A stretch of 64,000 nt of DNA from an uncultured Hormoscilla sp. Lineage in GTDB: Bacteria > Cyanobacteriota > Cyanobacteriia > Cyanobacteriales > Desertifilaceae. The stretch spans positions 3,264,001-3,328,000 of the forward strand of contig OZ001293.3 in the NCBI GenBank assembly GCA_963921275.4, given 5' to 3'. Under the pieces are notes generated by a model that had not been told where the DNA came from, ran no database searches, and was given only the letters and a program-made list of their open reading frames with translations. The position numbers and the translations under genes are program-made. Positions 32,704 through 46,256 of the stretch are shown here, in pieces (the stretch's first letter is position 1; each line of letters begins with the position of its first letter).

Positions 32704-33660
32704 ATGCCATTGCCAACAACTATGTCACCACCACCATTCCTAGGGGCGGAGGTGGCAGCTACCTATGATAACGCGCGTGTCGTCATCTTACCAATTCCCT
32801 TCGAGGCGACGACAACCTACCGTCGTGGCTGTGAAAACGGTCCTGATGCTATCCTAGAAGCGTCCCAGCAAGTAGAATACTACGATGAGGAGCTGGACTG
32901 GGAAATCTGCTTTGATGTAGGAATTCACACAATGACAGCTATTGCTGACACCCGCCAGGGGAAAATATCCTCAGATAAAATGTTGCAAGTCACCCAAGAG
33001 ACTGTGTTCAAGCTAATTAATGATGGCAAATTTGTCATCGGACTGGGTGGCGAACATAGTATTACTACGGGTATAGTCCAAGCATACTGCCAGGCCTATC
33101 GGGACGAACCCTTTACAGTAATTCAAATTGACGCTCACGGGGATTTGCGCTATGAATATGGCGGCTCGTTGCACAATCATGCTTGCGTCATGCGCCGGAT
33201 AGTGGAGATGGGATTGCCCACCCTACAAATTGGCATTCGGAGCATCTGCAAAGAAGAGGCGGATTTGATTAAGTCCCAAAAACTGCCAGCGATCTGGGCG
33301 CGGGAAATTGTCACGCAACCAGATTGGATGGCAAGAGCCTTTCAGGCCATACCCACCCAACGAGTATTCTTGACAATCGATTTAGATGGCATCGATCCTA
33401 CCCTCATCCCTGGGGTGGGAACGCCGGAACCAGGGGGTTTGAACTGGTACTCCCTGACTAGCTTCCTGCGGCGCTGTTGTCAGTCCAAGAGAGTGATTGG
33501 CTGTGACATAATGGAACTGGCTCCCGTGGTAGACTCGGTAGTGTCCCAGTTCACAGCTGCCAAATTACTGTATAAACTCATAGGGTATAATGTTGGCGGT
33601 CGGCTGGCCGAGGAATTAAAATCAAAAAATGTCTCCAGTGGGGAGCGGGCAATTTTGTAG
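32704..33660 (+). CDS. speB: Agmatinase
   Basis: GGEHS, DAHGD, DLDGIDP and GTPEPGG motifs of the arginase family. Confidence 0.92.
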   Translation: MPLPTTMSPPPFLGAEVAATYDNARVVILPIPFEATTTYRRGCENGPDAILEASQQVEYYDEELDWEICFDVGIHTMTAIADTRQGKISSDKMLQVTQETVFKLINDGKFVIGLGGEHSITTGIVQAYCQAYRDEPFTVIQIDAHGDLRYEYGGSLHNHACVMRRIVEMGLPTLQIGIRSICKEEADLIKSQKLPAIWAREIVTQPDWMARAFQAIPTQRVFLTIDLDGIDPTLIPGVGTPEPGGLNWYSLTSFLRRCCQSKRVIGCDIMELAPVVDSVVSQFTAAKLLYKLIGYNVGGRLAEELKSKNVSSGERAIL

Positions 33661-33672
33661 GAAGGAAGGGAA

Positions 33673-34227
33673 ATGAGCGTAATGAATTTGGCGGGTACTC
33701 CCATTGGCAGCTATGCACCAGATTTTGAGGTGCCCGGGGTAGATGATGAAGTTCACCACCTAGCTCGCTATCTGGAAAAATATCAAGTGATAGCTGTCAT
33801 ATTTATTAGCAATAACTGCCTCTACGTGCAGCCTTATCTGGAAAGGCTAAAACAACTCCAGACAGAATTTGCCGACATGGGGGTAACTCTGATCGGGATA
33901 AATGCCAATGATGGGACCCAAGACCGGGCAGAAAGCTTGGAGATGATGAAAGTCTTTGCTACCTCCAGCGGACTGAACTTTCCTTATCTGCGAGACGTGA
34001 CTCAGGATGTGGCTCGCAGCTTCGGGGCGGACAAGACGCCAGAGGCTTTTCTGCTAGACCATCAGGGAATACTGCGCTATCGGGGGCTGATTGACGATCG
34101 TCCAGCAGATGCAGCCGCAGTGCATGTGCCTTACTTACGTCAGGCGATCGGCCAGGTACTTCAGGGAGAACCAGTCACTATAGCCTCTACAGATCCAGTG
34201 GGCAGCTCGATTAAATGGCGCCACTAA
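33673..34227 (+). CDS. Thioredoxin-like (AhpC/TSA, redoxin) protein
   Basis: APDF, NNCLYV, NFPYLRD..Q.VA..FGA..TPE.FL, YRGLIDD. Confidence 0.85.
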   Translation: MSVMNLAGTPIGSYAPDFEVPGVDDEVHHLARYLEKYQVIAVIFISNNCLYVQPYLERLKQLQTEFADMGVTLIGINANDGTQDRAESLEMMKVFATSSGLNFPYLRDVTQDVARSFGADKTPEAFLLDHQGILRYRGLIDDRPADAAAVHVPYLRQAIGQVLQGEPVTIASTDPVGSSIKWRH

Positions 34228-34387
34228 AGAATTATAAATGAAGCTTGACAAATTAGCAATCAGGATCTGTAATAATCGGTGGGCCGTGTCTCCTGGATAG
34301 TGCTTAAGCGATGTCTTCTGGGTAGTGCGATTAGCGCTCCCAGAAGACATCGAACTCCCAGGAGACACGGGAGGTTCCTTGAGTTAA

Positions 34388-35131
<744 letters not shown>

Positions 35132-35146
35132 AAAAAAATCCACCCC

Positions 35147-35282
35147 CGATGTGCGAGGGGTAGTGCGAAACGATGTCTCCGCCGTGTCTCCTGGGTAGTG
35201 CGAGTAGCGCTCCCAGGAGACACGGCCCGAGTAGTGCGAATAGCGCAAAGCGTGGAGACATCGATCTCCCCTCGCACATCGG
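35147..35282. repeat. Nested hairpin elements with CGATGT...ACATCG termini
   Basis: CCGATGTGCGAGGGG...[CGATGTCTCC...GGAGACATCG]...CCCCTCGCACATCGG. Related clusters at 27909, 32242, 34283, 35985, 42541, 54250, 58496, 59278 and 61874. Confidence 0.8.
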
Positions 35283-35345
35283 AGTACTATAAATGTGATT
35301 AGAAATGGCTGAAAATATCTCAATAGGGTAGATAGTGAGGTTAGC

Positions 35346-35894
35346 ATGGACTTAGATGAAGCTGAAATTATGATGGATAGCGCAGTTGAGGTGACTCAAC
35401 GGGCTTTTAATACCATTCGCACAGGTCGGGCTAATGCCAGCCTACTGGACAAGGTGATGGTAGATTACTACGACACCCCAACGCCTCTCAAGTCTCTGGC
35501 GATCGTTAGTGCGCCAGATGCCAGTACGCTCTTGATTCAACCCTATGATAAGGGGATTTTAAATCTGATTGAAAAAGCAATTTCTCTGTCAGATGTGGGT
35601 CTGACGTCGAATAATGATGGGAAGGTAATTCGACTGAATATTCCGCCCCTGACGAGCGATCGGCGCAAGGAATTTGTCAAACTCGCCGCTAAGTACGCCG
35701 AAGAAGGCAAGGTCTCGATTCGGAACAACCGCAGGGAGGCGGTAGAGTCTGTCCGCAAACAAGAAAAAAAAAGTGAGATTTCTGAAGACGAAGAGCGGGA
35801 CAAGCTAGATAAAATTCAAAAGCTTACTAACAAGTATATCGCCGAAATTGATGAATTACTGGCCAAAAAAGAAAAAGAAATTACTACAGTTTGA
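35346..35894 (+). CDS. frr: Ribosome recycling factor
   Basis: [27 protein letters not shown]. Follows pyrH. Confidence 0.97.
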   Translation: MDLDEAEIMMDSAVEVTQRAFNTIRTGRANASLLDKVMVDYYDTPTPLKSLAIVSAPDASTLLIQPYDKGILNLIEKAISLSDVGLTSNNDGKVIRLNIPPLTSDRRKEFVKLAAKYAEEGKVSIRNNRREAVESVRKQEKKSEISEDEERDKLDKIQKLTNKYIAEIDELLAKKEKEITTV

Positions 35895-36266
35895 TGGCGA
35901 TTCCCTTCGCATCAGTTAAATATTCAGCTGTTACAGTCAGCTAACAGCTGATAGGAACTGACAGTCCAAAGGAGTGAGCGGTATCCCCCGGGTAGTGCGG
36001 TTACGATGTCTCCGGAGTAGTGCAAATACGATGTCTCCTGGGTAGTGCGTAAGGCGCGAGGTTTCTCCTGGGTAGTGCGGTTAGCGCTCCCAGGAGAAAC
36101 CTCGCCCCAGGAGACATCGAGCTCTCCGGAGACATAGAGCTCCCGGGGGATACCGGAGAGTGCAGGGGTGAGAGGATGTAGGGGGGATTATCCTGCCCAG
36201 AGGCTAAGCGATCGAACCCCACTCTCGAAAAACCGACAAGGCCCGATAAAACACTGATCATAGGGG

Positions 36267-36446
36267 TCAGGCGGACGATCTGACAGTAGCAGGATCGGCA
36301 GGACGGACAACATAGGCAAGGTGCATCGGATAGCCCCAAGCAGCATAAATTGCATCAACACATCTGATTGCGGTTTCTCGCTTCTTGAAAGAGCGCAGCA
36401 CTTGCTGATTTCCGTTAGCGTAGAGAATGCGAACTTGCCAATTCAT
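36267..36446 (-). CDS. Small hypothetical protein (59 aa), below the ORF-track cutoff
   Basis: MNWQVRILYANGNQQVLRSFKKRETAIRCVDAIYAAWGYPMHLAYVVRP..., ATG to TGA. Looks protein-like. Confidence 0.55.
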   Translation of the reverse strand: MNWQVRILYANGNQQVLRSFKKRETAIRCVDAIYAAWGYPMHLAYVVRPADPATVRSSA

Positions 36447-36607
36447 AGTAGCACGATGGATTAAACCTGATGATTGACCATTATAACGCTATTCTGTCAA
36501 ACTGGGGGTCGCGATCGTCTGAAACCATTATTCTCTGGGCGTTTGCGCCCCCAAGCTATTTTACGAACGTTTCTATCAGAACCCAGAAGCTCAAATCTAG
36601 ATATTCT

Positions 36608-38983
36608 GTGCGATTCTTTAGTGTAAAACGACTTGACACAAGTTAAGAGTGGAACCAATAGCTAGGTATCATTAGCCTAGACAACTTACAGATGATGGTG
36701 GTGAAAGTCCACCTCTCCAGGTGCAGGAGTGACAGCACTTTCCCTAGGGTAGCGATGGCATCAATCCGTAAAGCGGGAATGAAAGGCGCCCTAACTGGTA
36801 GCCCACACCGGTTATCGTCGAGCAATTAGTCACGATGAGCGCAAGCAAAGATTTACAGCGTCGTTACAGACAACCAGTGTAATAAGGCTGACACACTGGC
36901 CCAAAAGGGAAAGGATATAAGTCACTGGCGGGTATTAGACCGACCAGTAAGCACCGACAATAAACCCGGCGAACGGAATCCATCTAAAACTACGACCAAT
37001 CATCTGTAGGAACGAAGTAAACCAGGTATGTACTCTCTACCACCGGTCGATAGGTAGAGCAGCCACCAAAGGCGCAACATCTGCTCTCATCAGGCAGGTC
37101 ATACTTGGGAAAGATTTCGTGGAGAAGCAAACGACCACCGGTAATAGGTGGTATACGCTGACGCCCTCACGGTAATGTCAAAAGTAAAGTTGTAAGTAGC
37201 AGTGAAAACGTCATAAGCACGATGGACACATCTTGCTTATGAATGGAAAGATACCCCCTGGCGAAAGCTGGAGAGGATAGTCTTTAAGTTGCTTCTGAGA
37301 ATTTACAGAGCGGCACAACGTGATGATAAGCGGACAGTTCGCAGAGAGGTTACTGGTAAAATCCCGGGCTGCCAAAAGTCTAGCGGTACGACAGATAACA
37401 CAAGATAACCAGGGAAAGAAAACTGCCGGTGTGGACGGTGTGAAATCATTGACCCCAAAGCAGAGGATGGAATTGGTAGGACAAATAGAAATCTCAAACA
37501 GGGCAAAACCTGCACGACGAGTGTGGATACCAAAGCCAGGGAGAGATGAAAAGCGTCCATTGGGAATACCGACGATGTACGACCGTGCGACACAGGGGTT
37601 ACTTAAAATTGCGTTAGAACCTGAATGGGAAGCGTATATGGAAGGTAACAGCTACGGATTCAGACCGGGGAGAGGATGCCACGATGCAATCGGAGCAATA
37701 TTCAATAGCATCAGACTAAGACCCAAATGGGTACTAGATGCTGACATTGCGAAATGCTTCGATAAAATTGACCACCAAGCGCTGATAAAAAAACTAAATA
37801 CGACATCACCAAATCCGTAAACAAATACGGGCATGGCTAAAAGCCGGGGTGATAGACAAGAAAGAGTGGTATGCAACCAACGAGGGTACACCCCAAGGGG
37901 GAGTCATATCCCCATTATTGGCGAACATAGCTCTACACGGGTTAGAAGAAGCTGTAATGGACCTGGCAAAAACACAAAGAGAAAAAAGCAAACTGACGGT
38001 AGTTAGGTATGCCGATGACTTTGTGGTAATGCATGACGATAGAGAAAAAATAGAAGAAGCGCAGACGGTCATAGCAAAGTGGCTAGAAAGAATTGGGCTA
38101 GAGCTTAAGCCGGAGAAGACCCAAATAGCTCATACGCTATACGGCGAAAACCCAGGATTTGACTTCTTAGGATTCAACGTGAGACAATATGAGGTAAGTA
38201 AAAACAGAAGTGGTAAAAATTCAAATGGAAAAGCTCTAGGTTTCAAAACCCTCATCAAACCCAGTAAAAAATCCATAGGTAAGCATAAAGAAAGGTTAGC
38301 GCAAGTAGTAACCAGCCATAGTGCAGCCCCACAAGCTGCCCTGATAAGCAAACTCAACCCGGTAATACGAGGATGGGCGAACTACTTCAGGACTGGAGTA
38401 AGCAAAGAAGTTTACTCTGATATGGACCACTACCTATGGGGACTCCTATGGAAATGGGCAAAAAGAAGACACCCTAATAAGTCAAAACACTGGATAGCCA
38501 GGAAATACTGGTCAGTTGGCCAAGGACAATGGCGATTCCGGTGCGGGGCAGAAGGGGAAGTTGAGCTATATCGATACGCAAGTGTAGAGATAGTAAGACA
38601 CGTAAAAGTACAAGGAACAGCAAGCCCATACGACGGGAACCTCACGTACTGGAGCACGAGACTAGGCAAGAACCCAGAACTAAGTAATCGGGTAGCAAAG
38701 CTACTGAAAAAGCAGAAGGGTAAATGTCAATACTGCGGATTAACATTTATGGACAGCGACAGATGGGAAGTAGACCACATCGAACCACTCTCATTAGGTG
38801 GCAGGGACCGGTGGGATAACCTACAAATGTTACACAAACATTGCCACGATATAAAGACTGCCAACGATAGTAGTAGCCGTACCCGTGACAAGGGTGGCAT
38901 TACTGAGGAGCTGGATGAGGTGAAAAGCAGATCGTCCGGTTTTGAAGACGAGCCGGGGTGGTGACACCCTGACTTAGTTTAAT
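36608..38983 (+). mobile_element. RT-encoding group II intron (chloroplast-like type)
   Basis: Starts GTGCGATTC. Domain V GAGCTGGATGAGGTGAAA...GTCCGGTTT; ends TAGTTTAAT. Confidence 0.9.
37230..38964 (+). pseudogene. ltrA: Group II intron reverse transcriptase/maturase with HNH domain, two frameshifts
   Basis: KTAGVDG, RPLGIPT, SYGFRPGR, GTPQGGVISPLLANI, YADD, HNH (EVDH...NLQMLHKHCH). Frame breaks near 37347 and 37812. Confidence 0.9.
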
Positions 38984-39201
38984 GAGGATTTCAGAGCTTG
39001 GCTAGAGCGTCGGTCAAGTAGAAACGATTGACAAAATTGCTATCTCAATGCATCTGGAGACGTCAGTAGCGAGTTGTTATCTTGTCCTCAGACTGAAATC
39101 CTTATCCTGTGAGGGGTACGGCGTCCCAAACCTGCACCAGTTATGAAAAAAGTGGTCATATGTCCAATCCACATTCCACACTTCACTTTGTAACATATCT
39201 A

Positions 39202-40074
39202 GGGTGTGTCATCAATCAAATTGCTTGACAGAAATAGATGGATACGGTATGGAGTCCTTATCCAGCAATAACAATCAAGAGGGCATGATATGAGACGCTA
39301 TGGCTTGCGAGACGACCAGTGGGAACGGATCGAACACCTTTTACCTGGTAAAGAGGGTGACCCAGGCGCTACAGCCAAGAACAATAGATTATTCGTGTTC
39401 TGCCGTGTTATATCGATATCGTGCTGGCATTCCCTGGCGGGATTTACCGGAGTGTTTTGGGGATTTTCGGGTTGTTCATACCCGCCATACCCGTTGGTCT
39501 GAAAAGGGAGTTTGGAAGCAGGTATTCGATGTCTTGGCCTCAGACGCCGATAACGAATACGCCGCGATTGATGCCACCATCCTGCGTGCCCATCAACGAG
39601 CGTGCGGGTGCAAAAAAAAACACCCTCAGATACGTGCGAAACCCAAGCCATAGGCCGTAGTAAAGGGGGACTATCGACAAAGATTCATGCCACTTGCGAT
39701 TGCCCAAGGCAATCCCACAGGATTTCATCTTACCCCTGGCCAAGCCCACGACGGGAAAGGCGCTGACGTGCTATTGGATAAAATCGGTGAGATTGGCGCG
39801 CTGCTTGCAGATAAAGCCTATGATGCGGAACAACGTGTGCTCGAGCGCCTGAAAGAGGCGGATTGGATGGCTGTCATTCCTCCAAAAAGTAACCGCACAG
39901 AACACAGAGAATACGATGAAGAAATGTACAAGTGGCGGCATCTAATTGAAAATCTATTCCAAAAACTCAAGCAATACAGGGCTCTGGCGACACGCTACGA
40001 TAAAACGGCTCGCAATTTCTTGGGTGCCATCTACCTCGCGGCAGCTGTAATATGGCTTAATTGATGACACGCCC
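39202..40074 (+). mobile_element. IS5-family element, transposase in several frames
   Basis: TIRs GGGTGTGTCATCAAT / ATTGATGACACGCCC with TA flanks. Motifs [33 protein letters not shown]. Confidence 0.88.
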
Positions 40075-40623
40075 TAGTCATAGGCCAAACCTCCCAAATA
40101 CTGCACTGTTAATATCTGGTAGTACGTAAATTATGGGAATTTTGGTAAAGAGCAAGGTAGAAAATTTATCCAGATCCCGAGAGATGTTGGCAAAGCTACC
40201 CCAATCAAGCAATATTTACGCAATACAGTCGTGGGGAAAGTAGGGTACAAAGAGTGAGTTTGACAGCCATTATCTGGAAAATACCCTTCCGACCTTATTG
40301 GCCGCGAGGCTCCACACTCACTACGGAATGAACACAACTGAATACGGACGTGCTATAATCAAATCAATGTAGTAAGTAGTTGTGCAAAATGATTTTTCTA
40401 TTTGTGGAAAAGCGCGAACGGGCAGGGTGGGCGCTCAAGCCATATCTCATAAGGCTTTCAGGGATTTAACTTCATGGCTGCGCTCCCGTAGGGATACGGA
40501 AATTGACGGCTAGGAAAAATATAAAAATAATTTTGCCTATGTACTTATACTGGATAGTGCCAAGTTCTATGGCTGCGCCACCCATGGCTGCACGCTACGC
40601 GATATGCGATTGGATAACTGCTC

Positions 40624-41534
40624 GTGCGATTCGTTCGTAAATGACCCGCAACAGGTCATGAGCGACCGGTTACATCAACCGGGAACTTTGATGTTCATGG
40701 GGGTTAAATTCCTCCCGCCCAGATGCAGGGTTGACACCGGTCGGAGGTGCTGCGGAGCGATATCACCGTGGTGCTGAGCGAGGACTCAAATGTAGGATAG
40801 CTGGTAGCCTAAATCGGTGACTCCGCTAGGAAAGATATCCAAGGTTAGAACAAGCGAACGTATAAAAACCTCGTTAACCAAAACCAGCGGAATAAGGCTA
40901 TATACGCTGGCCCCAAAAGGGGAAGCAGTCAGGGCTAGCTTTGGGCAGTGGCTAGTCATGTATCCGAAAGACTGTCGGGGAATAGTACGGACCTAAAGAT
41001 ATCGTGAAATGACATCAAGGAACGAAGTAACCTCTCGTGTGCTGTCTGGTCTCGACCGGCTAGACAAGTTAGATATTAAGCGCAAGCCACGGGAGGAGGG
41101 ATGTCCCAAAAAGCAAATGCCCAGGGTAATGCCTGGGATAACGCCCGGAGCAATCCCGGTGATGTCCACAAGGACACTGACGTGGGACGGATATACCAGG
41201 ATGCTGTTCAGATTAGTAACTCCACATATATTATGAGCCCGATTTGGACCCCTCGGGGACTGATGGAGGTATGAGTGAAGGTGTAGGTGAAACAGGGTGA
41301 CTGCCGTCGGACGGCGATATAAACTAGGCGAGAGACCACAGGTTCCTTGACAACCGCTCGCTGACCTGCACATAGAAGGAGCCAACAAGTAGACAGTAAG
41401 GGCCTACGGTGGGTAACCCCTATAAAGCCTATCCATGACAAGGACCTGGTAACCAGTAGCCGTGTGCGGTGAAAGTCGCAAGCACGGTTTCGCTCTTGGA
41501 GGGTTGGGGAGCGATTCCCAGCTCGACCCCGACC
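40624..41534 (+). mobile_element. ORF-less group II intron C (911 nt)
   Basis: Starts GTGCGATTCG. Domain V AGCCGTGTGCGGTGAAAGTCGCAAGCACGGTT; ends CTCGACCCCGACC. The flanks join in frame (DWITAQAWKRVW...) in a gene remnant ending at 41674. Confidence 0.9.
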
Positions 41535-41749
41535 AAGCATGGAAGCGGGTTTGGGCCCGCGAGACCGACGATGAGATAATAAAGGGACTCCGTCCGGCTG
41601 TAAGCGACTCCCTGCAAGAGTTTCAGCTAGAGGAAGAGGTAGTATTCCCATTCGGATTTCTCACTCTTCAGTAGTATAACAAATGACGTTATTAGAGGTT
41701 TTGCTTATGGGTCCATGGCTGCGCCACCCATGGCTGCGCCACGCTACGC

Positions 41750-43130
41750 GATAGGCGATGGGCGAACGGAATTGGAATCCGCCGGTTGAACTGTCACCAG
41801 ATGAATCAGAAATTATCGCGAGCATCTACTAAAGCAAAACTCTATGGCTGCGCCACGCTACGCGATCGCATTTCTCGGCCTAAACCGTCATGAATTATTC
41901 TCAGATGAACTTCAATTAGAATTAGCTGAAATCTTTAACGACAGCACCCTAGGCAAATGTCCAGTCCCCCGGGCACAACTAGCTTTAGCTTTGATATTAC
42001 AAATACGGGAGGATGATGAAGTAATTGAAGTCTTGGTGATGGCACCGTTCCGGAAAAATCGGCTCCGGGCAATTGGTACATTGTAAAAACCTCCTTTTAG
42101 TAAAGGGACTTTTGTCAAGTTTCGACAAAAAATCATTGATTTTGGACTAGACTGACGTTTAATGGAGGGAAGGGTAAAGATTGCTAAAGAAAAACGAGGC
42201 TTGGGTTCAGGAAAATTGCGGGCGGCTATGGCTGCGCCCCCCGTAGCGCGGCCCAGCCATGGGCCACGCTATTGGATTCTTTGCCTTTGTGGGGAGCAGG
42301 CAAAGTAGAGGATACATAGAATTGGCGCCCCCCGGAGCGTAGCGTGGCCCAGCCATGGGCAGCGCTATGCTATCTGATCCGAGGAAGCCAGTGCTGAAAA
42401 CCCTGGAAATCGGAGAACAGCATTATTGAGCAAGACGTGACAGTTAACACATCAGGCAAACCTGTCCTCAAAAAAGGAGTTACGCCAAATCGGCGGATTT
42501 CTATAGAAGATCCAGAAATGGGTCATGGACGTAAAAGCCTTCGATATCTCTGCTCCTTGCTCTTGTCCCAGGGGACATGGCTGCGCTCCCGCAAGGGATA
42601 CGGCACACAGGAGACATCGTAGTCAACTCGGGAGATGGCTACAAACGTCATGTTTTGACAGATTTAGATTTAGGAGTAATTCGAGCTGTCAGGATAACTG
42701 CTGCCAATGAAGCAGAAGCGATAGTAGTGGAGTCGCTCGATAGCGACTTAAAATCGCAAAACCAAGAGATGGTAGAGTTACATATCGATGGCGCTTATTT
42801 GAGTAGTAGATGCGTTAATGAAGGAAAATTGATAAATATTTTGCCAAGCTTGGCCTGTAAGAAATGTGAAGGATTTTGACAAAACGGCTTTGGTACTTGA
42901 CGGGAATAATTTTTCTATCTTATGTCCTAATCAAATAACTCTTCCATTTTCTCCAGGTAAAGTTGTGAAGTTTCCCTTGTGCTGTCTGCCCCTTACAGGC
43001 TCCCTGCACGACTAGCAAAAACCGTCCCAGTGTTTCTATCCATCCGGATGAGACAATATTGCCAGGAATTGCGAGAGCTATGGCTGCGCCCCCCGGAGCG
43101 TAGCGTGGCCCAGCCATGGGCAGCGCGATC
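41750..43130 (+). pseudogene. IS1182-like transposase remnant
   Basis: RHELFSDE...QLALALILQ, RRISIEDPEM.HGRKS, DGYKRHVL. Many stops and mini-insertions. Confidence 0.7.
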
Positions 43131-43439
43131 AGATGACATCATCTGGACGAGCCAAACTACGCTCGTCTAACCGCTGTCGAACATTCTCTTGCTCATGTAG
43201 GATAAAGGCAGTTGAAATCAAGCCCGCTATATTGTCAGGCGAAAAAATTTGTTTGACCTTCGTCCGGTAGCGGTTGTTCATAATCTTCATGTCATTGCCA
43301 GAATACCTGAATTGAGCGAAAACCAGCAGCTCCCATCCCCCAGCGTAGCGTGCAGCCATGCCCTGACGCGATCTAATATCCCCTAACGCCAACTTGCGTG
43401 ATACTTGTTGATTCAGGTAGTGATAAACATGTAGTGATG

Positions 43440-44080
43440 GCACAACTAACCCGACAAGCATTTGTTGTAATCATGCACAAAATACCAAATCGCGTGATTT
43501 TCTTCTTAGAGAATGATAATGTTTTCCGAACCAAGCGACTAATTCTTGGCCTCGTTGTTTAACCTTTCAATATGATTAGTTTTTCCAGTTTCTTTACCTA
43601 CCGCAATAGTAACGCTTTTTCGGTATTGTTATATGCTTCCCAAAAAGTAAAAAAATGCGTCGATAAACAGGAGGTAAATATTTCCACAATTTTTTTGCTG
43701 ATTCACGGCTGATTCACGACTGCGATCGCCCAAATTCTACAATTTATCTTGTTTTTGTATCAAGTGCCAACGTTTGTTTTCTTTATTCCCAAGACCACAT
43801 TTCATCACATGTCAATTTTCCTTTGGGCTTGTCTGAAACCTTTATATCACGGCAGATTTTTTATTAACGTTTGTGAAACCTTTACTCGACGCTATTCTTT
43901 CAAGTAATAGATCATCTATATTCTTTTTCTTTTCGGACGATACCTGCTGTCGGGTTTTCAATTTATTGCCGATTTTTTACATATTTTTGCTTTTTATTAT
44001 GAGTACTATCATTTTTTACTGTTCGCTCACAATTACAATAAGGGCAATTGGGTCGCGACGATGATGATGTGTTCATAAGT
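43440..44080 (-). pseudogene. IS1-family transposase remnant
   Basis: Zn-finger start RPNCPYC...VKN...KQKY and 3' DNA encoding IER.N...RISRLVRKTLSFSK. Confidence 0.7.
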
Positions 44081-45119
44081 CTATACTCGCTTTTGACTAA
44101 TAACATAAGAGCATTTTTCTGATGAGCTATACATGAGAATATTTTATCATTGCTATCAATTTGGCTAAGATAAAGAGCTGTTATATCATTCCTAAGAAAA
44201 GTAAGGATTAATAGAGGGATGGAATGTTCTATCACTACATATTTATCACTACCGTTGATTCATAAACATGAGCACAATACTAGCCCTTGCTCTTATTCTT
44301 ATCCTACTATTTTCCGATCGCGCTGCGCTGGGGGCGCAGCCATGCATATCGTCCCCTAGCTATGGTGGCGCCACCTGCCAACTCCGCGCGGAATACTCCC
44401 ATAGCTAGATAGATGAAATTTATCTAATCCTTACGTGAGTCGAGCGCCGGGAAGTTGAGTCAACTTCCCGAGGCTTTGTGGTGGCTTTTTTTTATTTCTT
44501 TAGAGAAGACCGAAAAACACCGAAAAACAACCAATCCCTATTGAACTGAGCAGCTCACTTTGTAAATGTTGTACCAACGGGGTATAAATCATTTGTGATA
44601 ATTCCATCCTGTTGGCTTCGGTAAAAAACTATACAGGGTAATAATTTCAGTTGTTATAAAAATTCCCGTGCTAGTTGCTATATACATAAAAAGCTCCGTT
44701 TGTCAACTATTATTACTTGACCGACGCTCTAGCATGACGATTTTCCCTCACTGACAGAATAGCGATAATCCCTTGTAAAAGCTTTGCATTCAGTGCAACT
44801 AAGGAATTGGAACGTTCCGGCGCGATCCTCGGGAGCATGTCAGTTGTTAGTTGTCAGTTGTTAGTTGTTAGTTGCTAATAGTTAGTTGTTATTTGTTATA
44901 TTGTCATGTAACATGTCATTAATAGTGATAATATCAAATATTTATTTACCAACTTGACATGCTCCTGATCGCCTATAATAGTTGTACTCAGTCAAGGAAT
45001 GAGGACAAAAGCATCAGTAATTATCCGCCAAATAACCCGGAAGGGAAGCGAAAGATACGAAATTATACTCAAACAGCTGCCAGAGAATTGTTTTTACATA
45101 GGAGTCAAAACTCAGTATT

Positions 45120-46256
45120 ATGTATGATTGCATTATCGTCGGTGCTGGACCAGCCGGTGGAACAGCAGCCTATCATTTGGCAAAGCGGGGACGATCGGTA
45201 TTAATCCTGGAAAAAGAAACACTGCCTCGGTATAAACCCTGTAGCGGCGGGGTGTCACCCGCGATCGGCCAATGGTTTGAATTTGACTTTGAACCTGCGA
45301 TTTCCCTGAAAGTAGACCAAATTCGTTACACCTGGCAGATGTCCGATGCGGTAGAAGTGAGTCTAAGAGCAGAACCAATGTGGATGGTACAGCGAGACAA
45401 ATTCGACCATTTTCTGATCGAGCAAGCTCAGCAGCAGGGAGCCGAACTGCAAGACAATGCAGAAGTTACTGGCATCAAATTTTCCCATGACAGCTGGCAA
45501 GTCAGCACCAGCAAGGAACCAGTTGCGGTTGCTATGGGTGCGTATCTGATTGCCGCTGACGGTGCCAAAGGTCCAATGGCCAAATGGCTAGGCCTCTTCG
45601 GCGGTAAACAGCGTATGTCTGCTGTCTTGGAGGTAAAAGCACAGAACCTCCCAGACAGCCCCAAGATGCATTTTGAATTTGGGGGCAAAAAAATCAAAAA
45701 TGGTTTTATTTGGAATTTCCCCCATACAGGGGGCAACTCCATCAGCGTCGCTACCTTTGTCGGTGGCGAACCCAAAGACTTGCAGTCTGTTCTGACTGAA
45801 TACGCCCAGACAGCTGGTATCGATATTAGCAATAGTCAGCGGTACGAACACCCTCTGCTTTTGTGGGATGGCGATCGCCAGCTGCACGCCCAAAATGCAG
45901 TTGTAGCTGGGGAAGCGGCCAAGATCGTCGATCCCCTGATGGGTGAAGGCATTCGCCCCTCAATCTTTAGTGGCATGAAAGCAGCAGAGGCGATCGATCT
46001 CGCCCTGGCAGGTGACGGTAACGCCTTAGAGAAATACACTCAGGTAATGTCGGCAGAATGGGGAGCAGATCTGAAGATGGCCGGGCGCATAGCTGGGGCC
46101 TTTTACCGATTTCCTGGTGTCGGCTACAAAATAATCAAGCAACCCGTTGCTACCCAGGTGATGAGCAAAATCCTCTGCGGACAACTCAGTTACGCAGAGG
46201 TTGCAGGTACGGCGATCAAGCGTTTGAGCGGCAGTTTGATACCCGACAAAAAATAG
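45120..46256 (+). CDS. Geranylgeranyl reductase-family FAD oxidoreductase
   Basis: YDCIIVGAGPAG, PRYKPCSGG, IAADGA, GEAA..VDP..GEGIRP. Confidence 0.9.
   Translation: MYDCIIVGAGPAGGTAAYHLAKRGRSVLILEKETLPRYKPCSGGVSPAIGQWFEFDFEPAISLKVDQIRYTWQMSDAVEVSLRAEPMWMVQRDKFDHFLIEQAQQQGAELQDNAEVTGIKFSHDSWQVSTSKEPVAVAMGAYLIAADGAKGPMAKWLGLFGGKQRMSAVLEVKAQNLPDSPKMHFEFGGKKIKNGFIWNFPHTGGNSISVATFVGGEPKDLQSVLTEYAQTAGIDISNSQRYEHPLLLWDGDRQLHAQNAVVAGEAAKIVDPLMGEGIRPSIFSGMKAAEAIDLALAGDGNALEKYTQVMSAEWGADLKMAGRIAGAFYRFPGVGYKIIKQPVATQVMSKILCGQLSYAEVAGTAIKRLSGSLIPDKK

Noticed and set aside
37230..38964. Retron, DGR or defence-associated RT
   Set aside because: The RT has maturase and HNH domains and lies inside a complete group II intron (GTGCG start, domains V/VI). 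No template/variable repeat pair was seen.
40993..41674. Short ORFs within intron C, and similar ones at 13530-13616, 24662-24862 and 52270-52542
   Set aside because: They are translations of intron RNA domains with no RT motifs.
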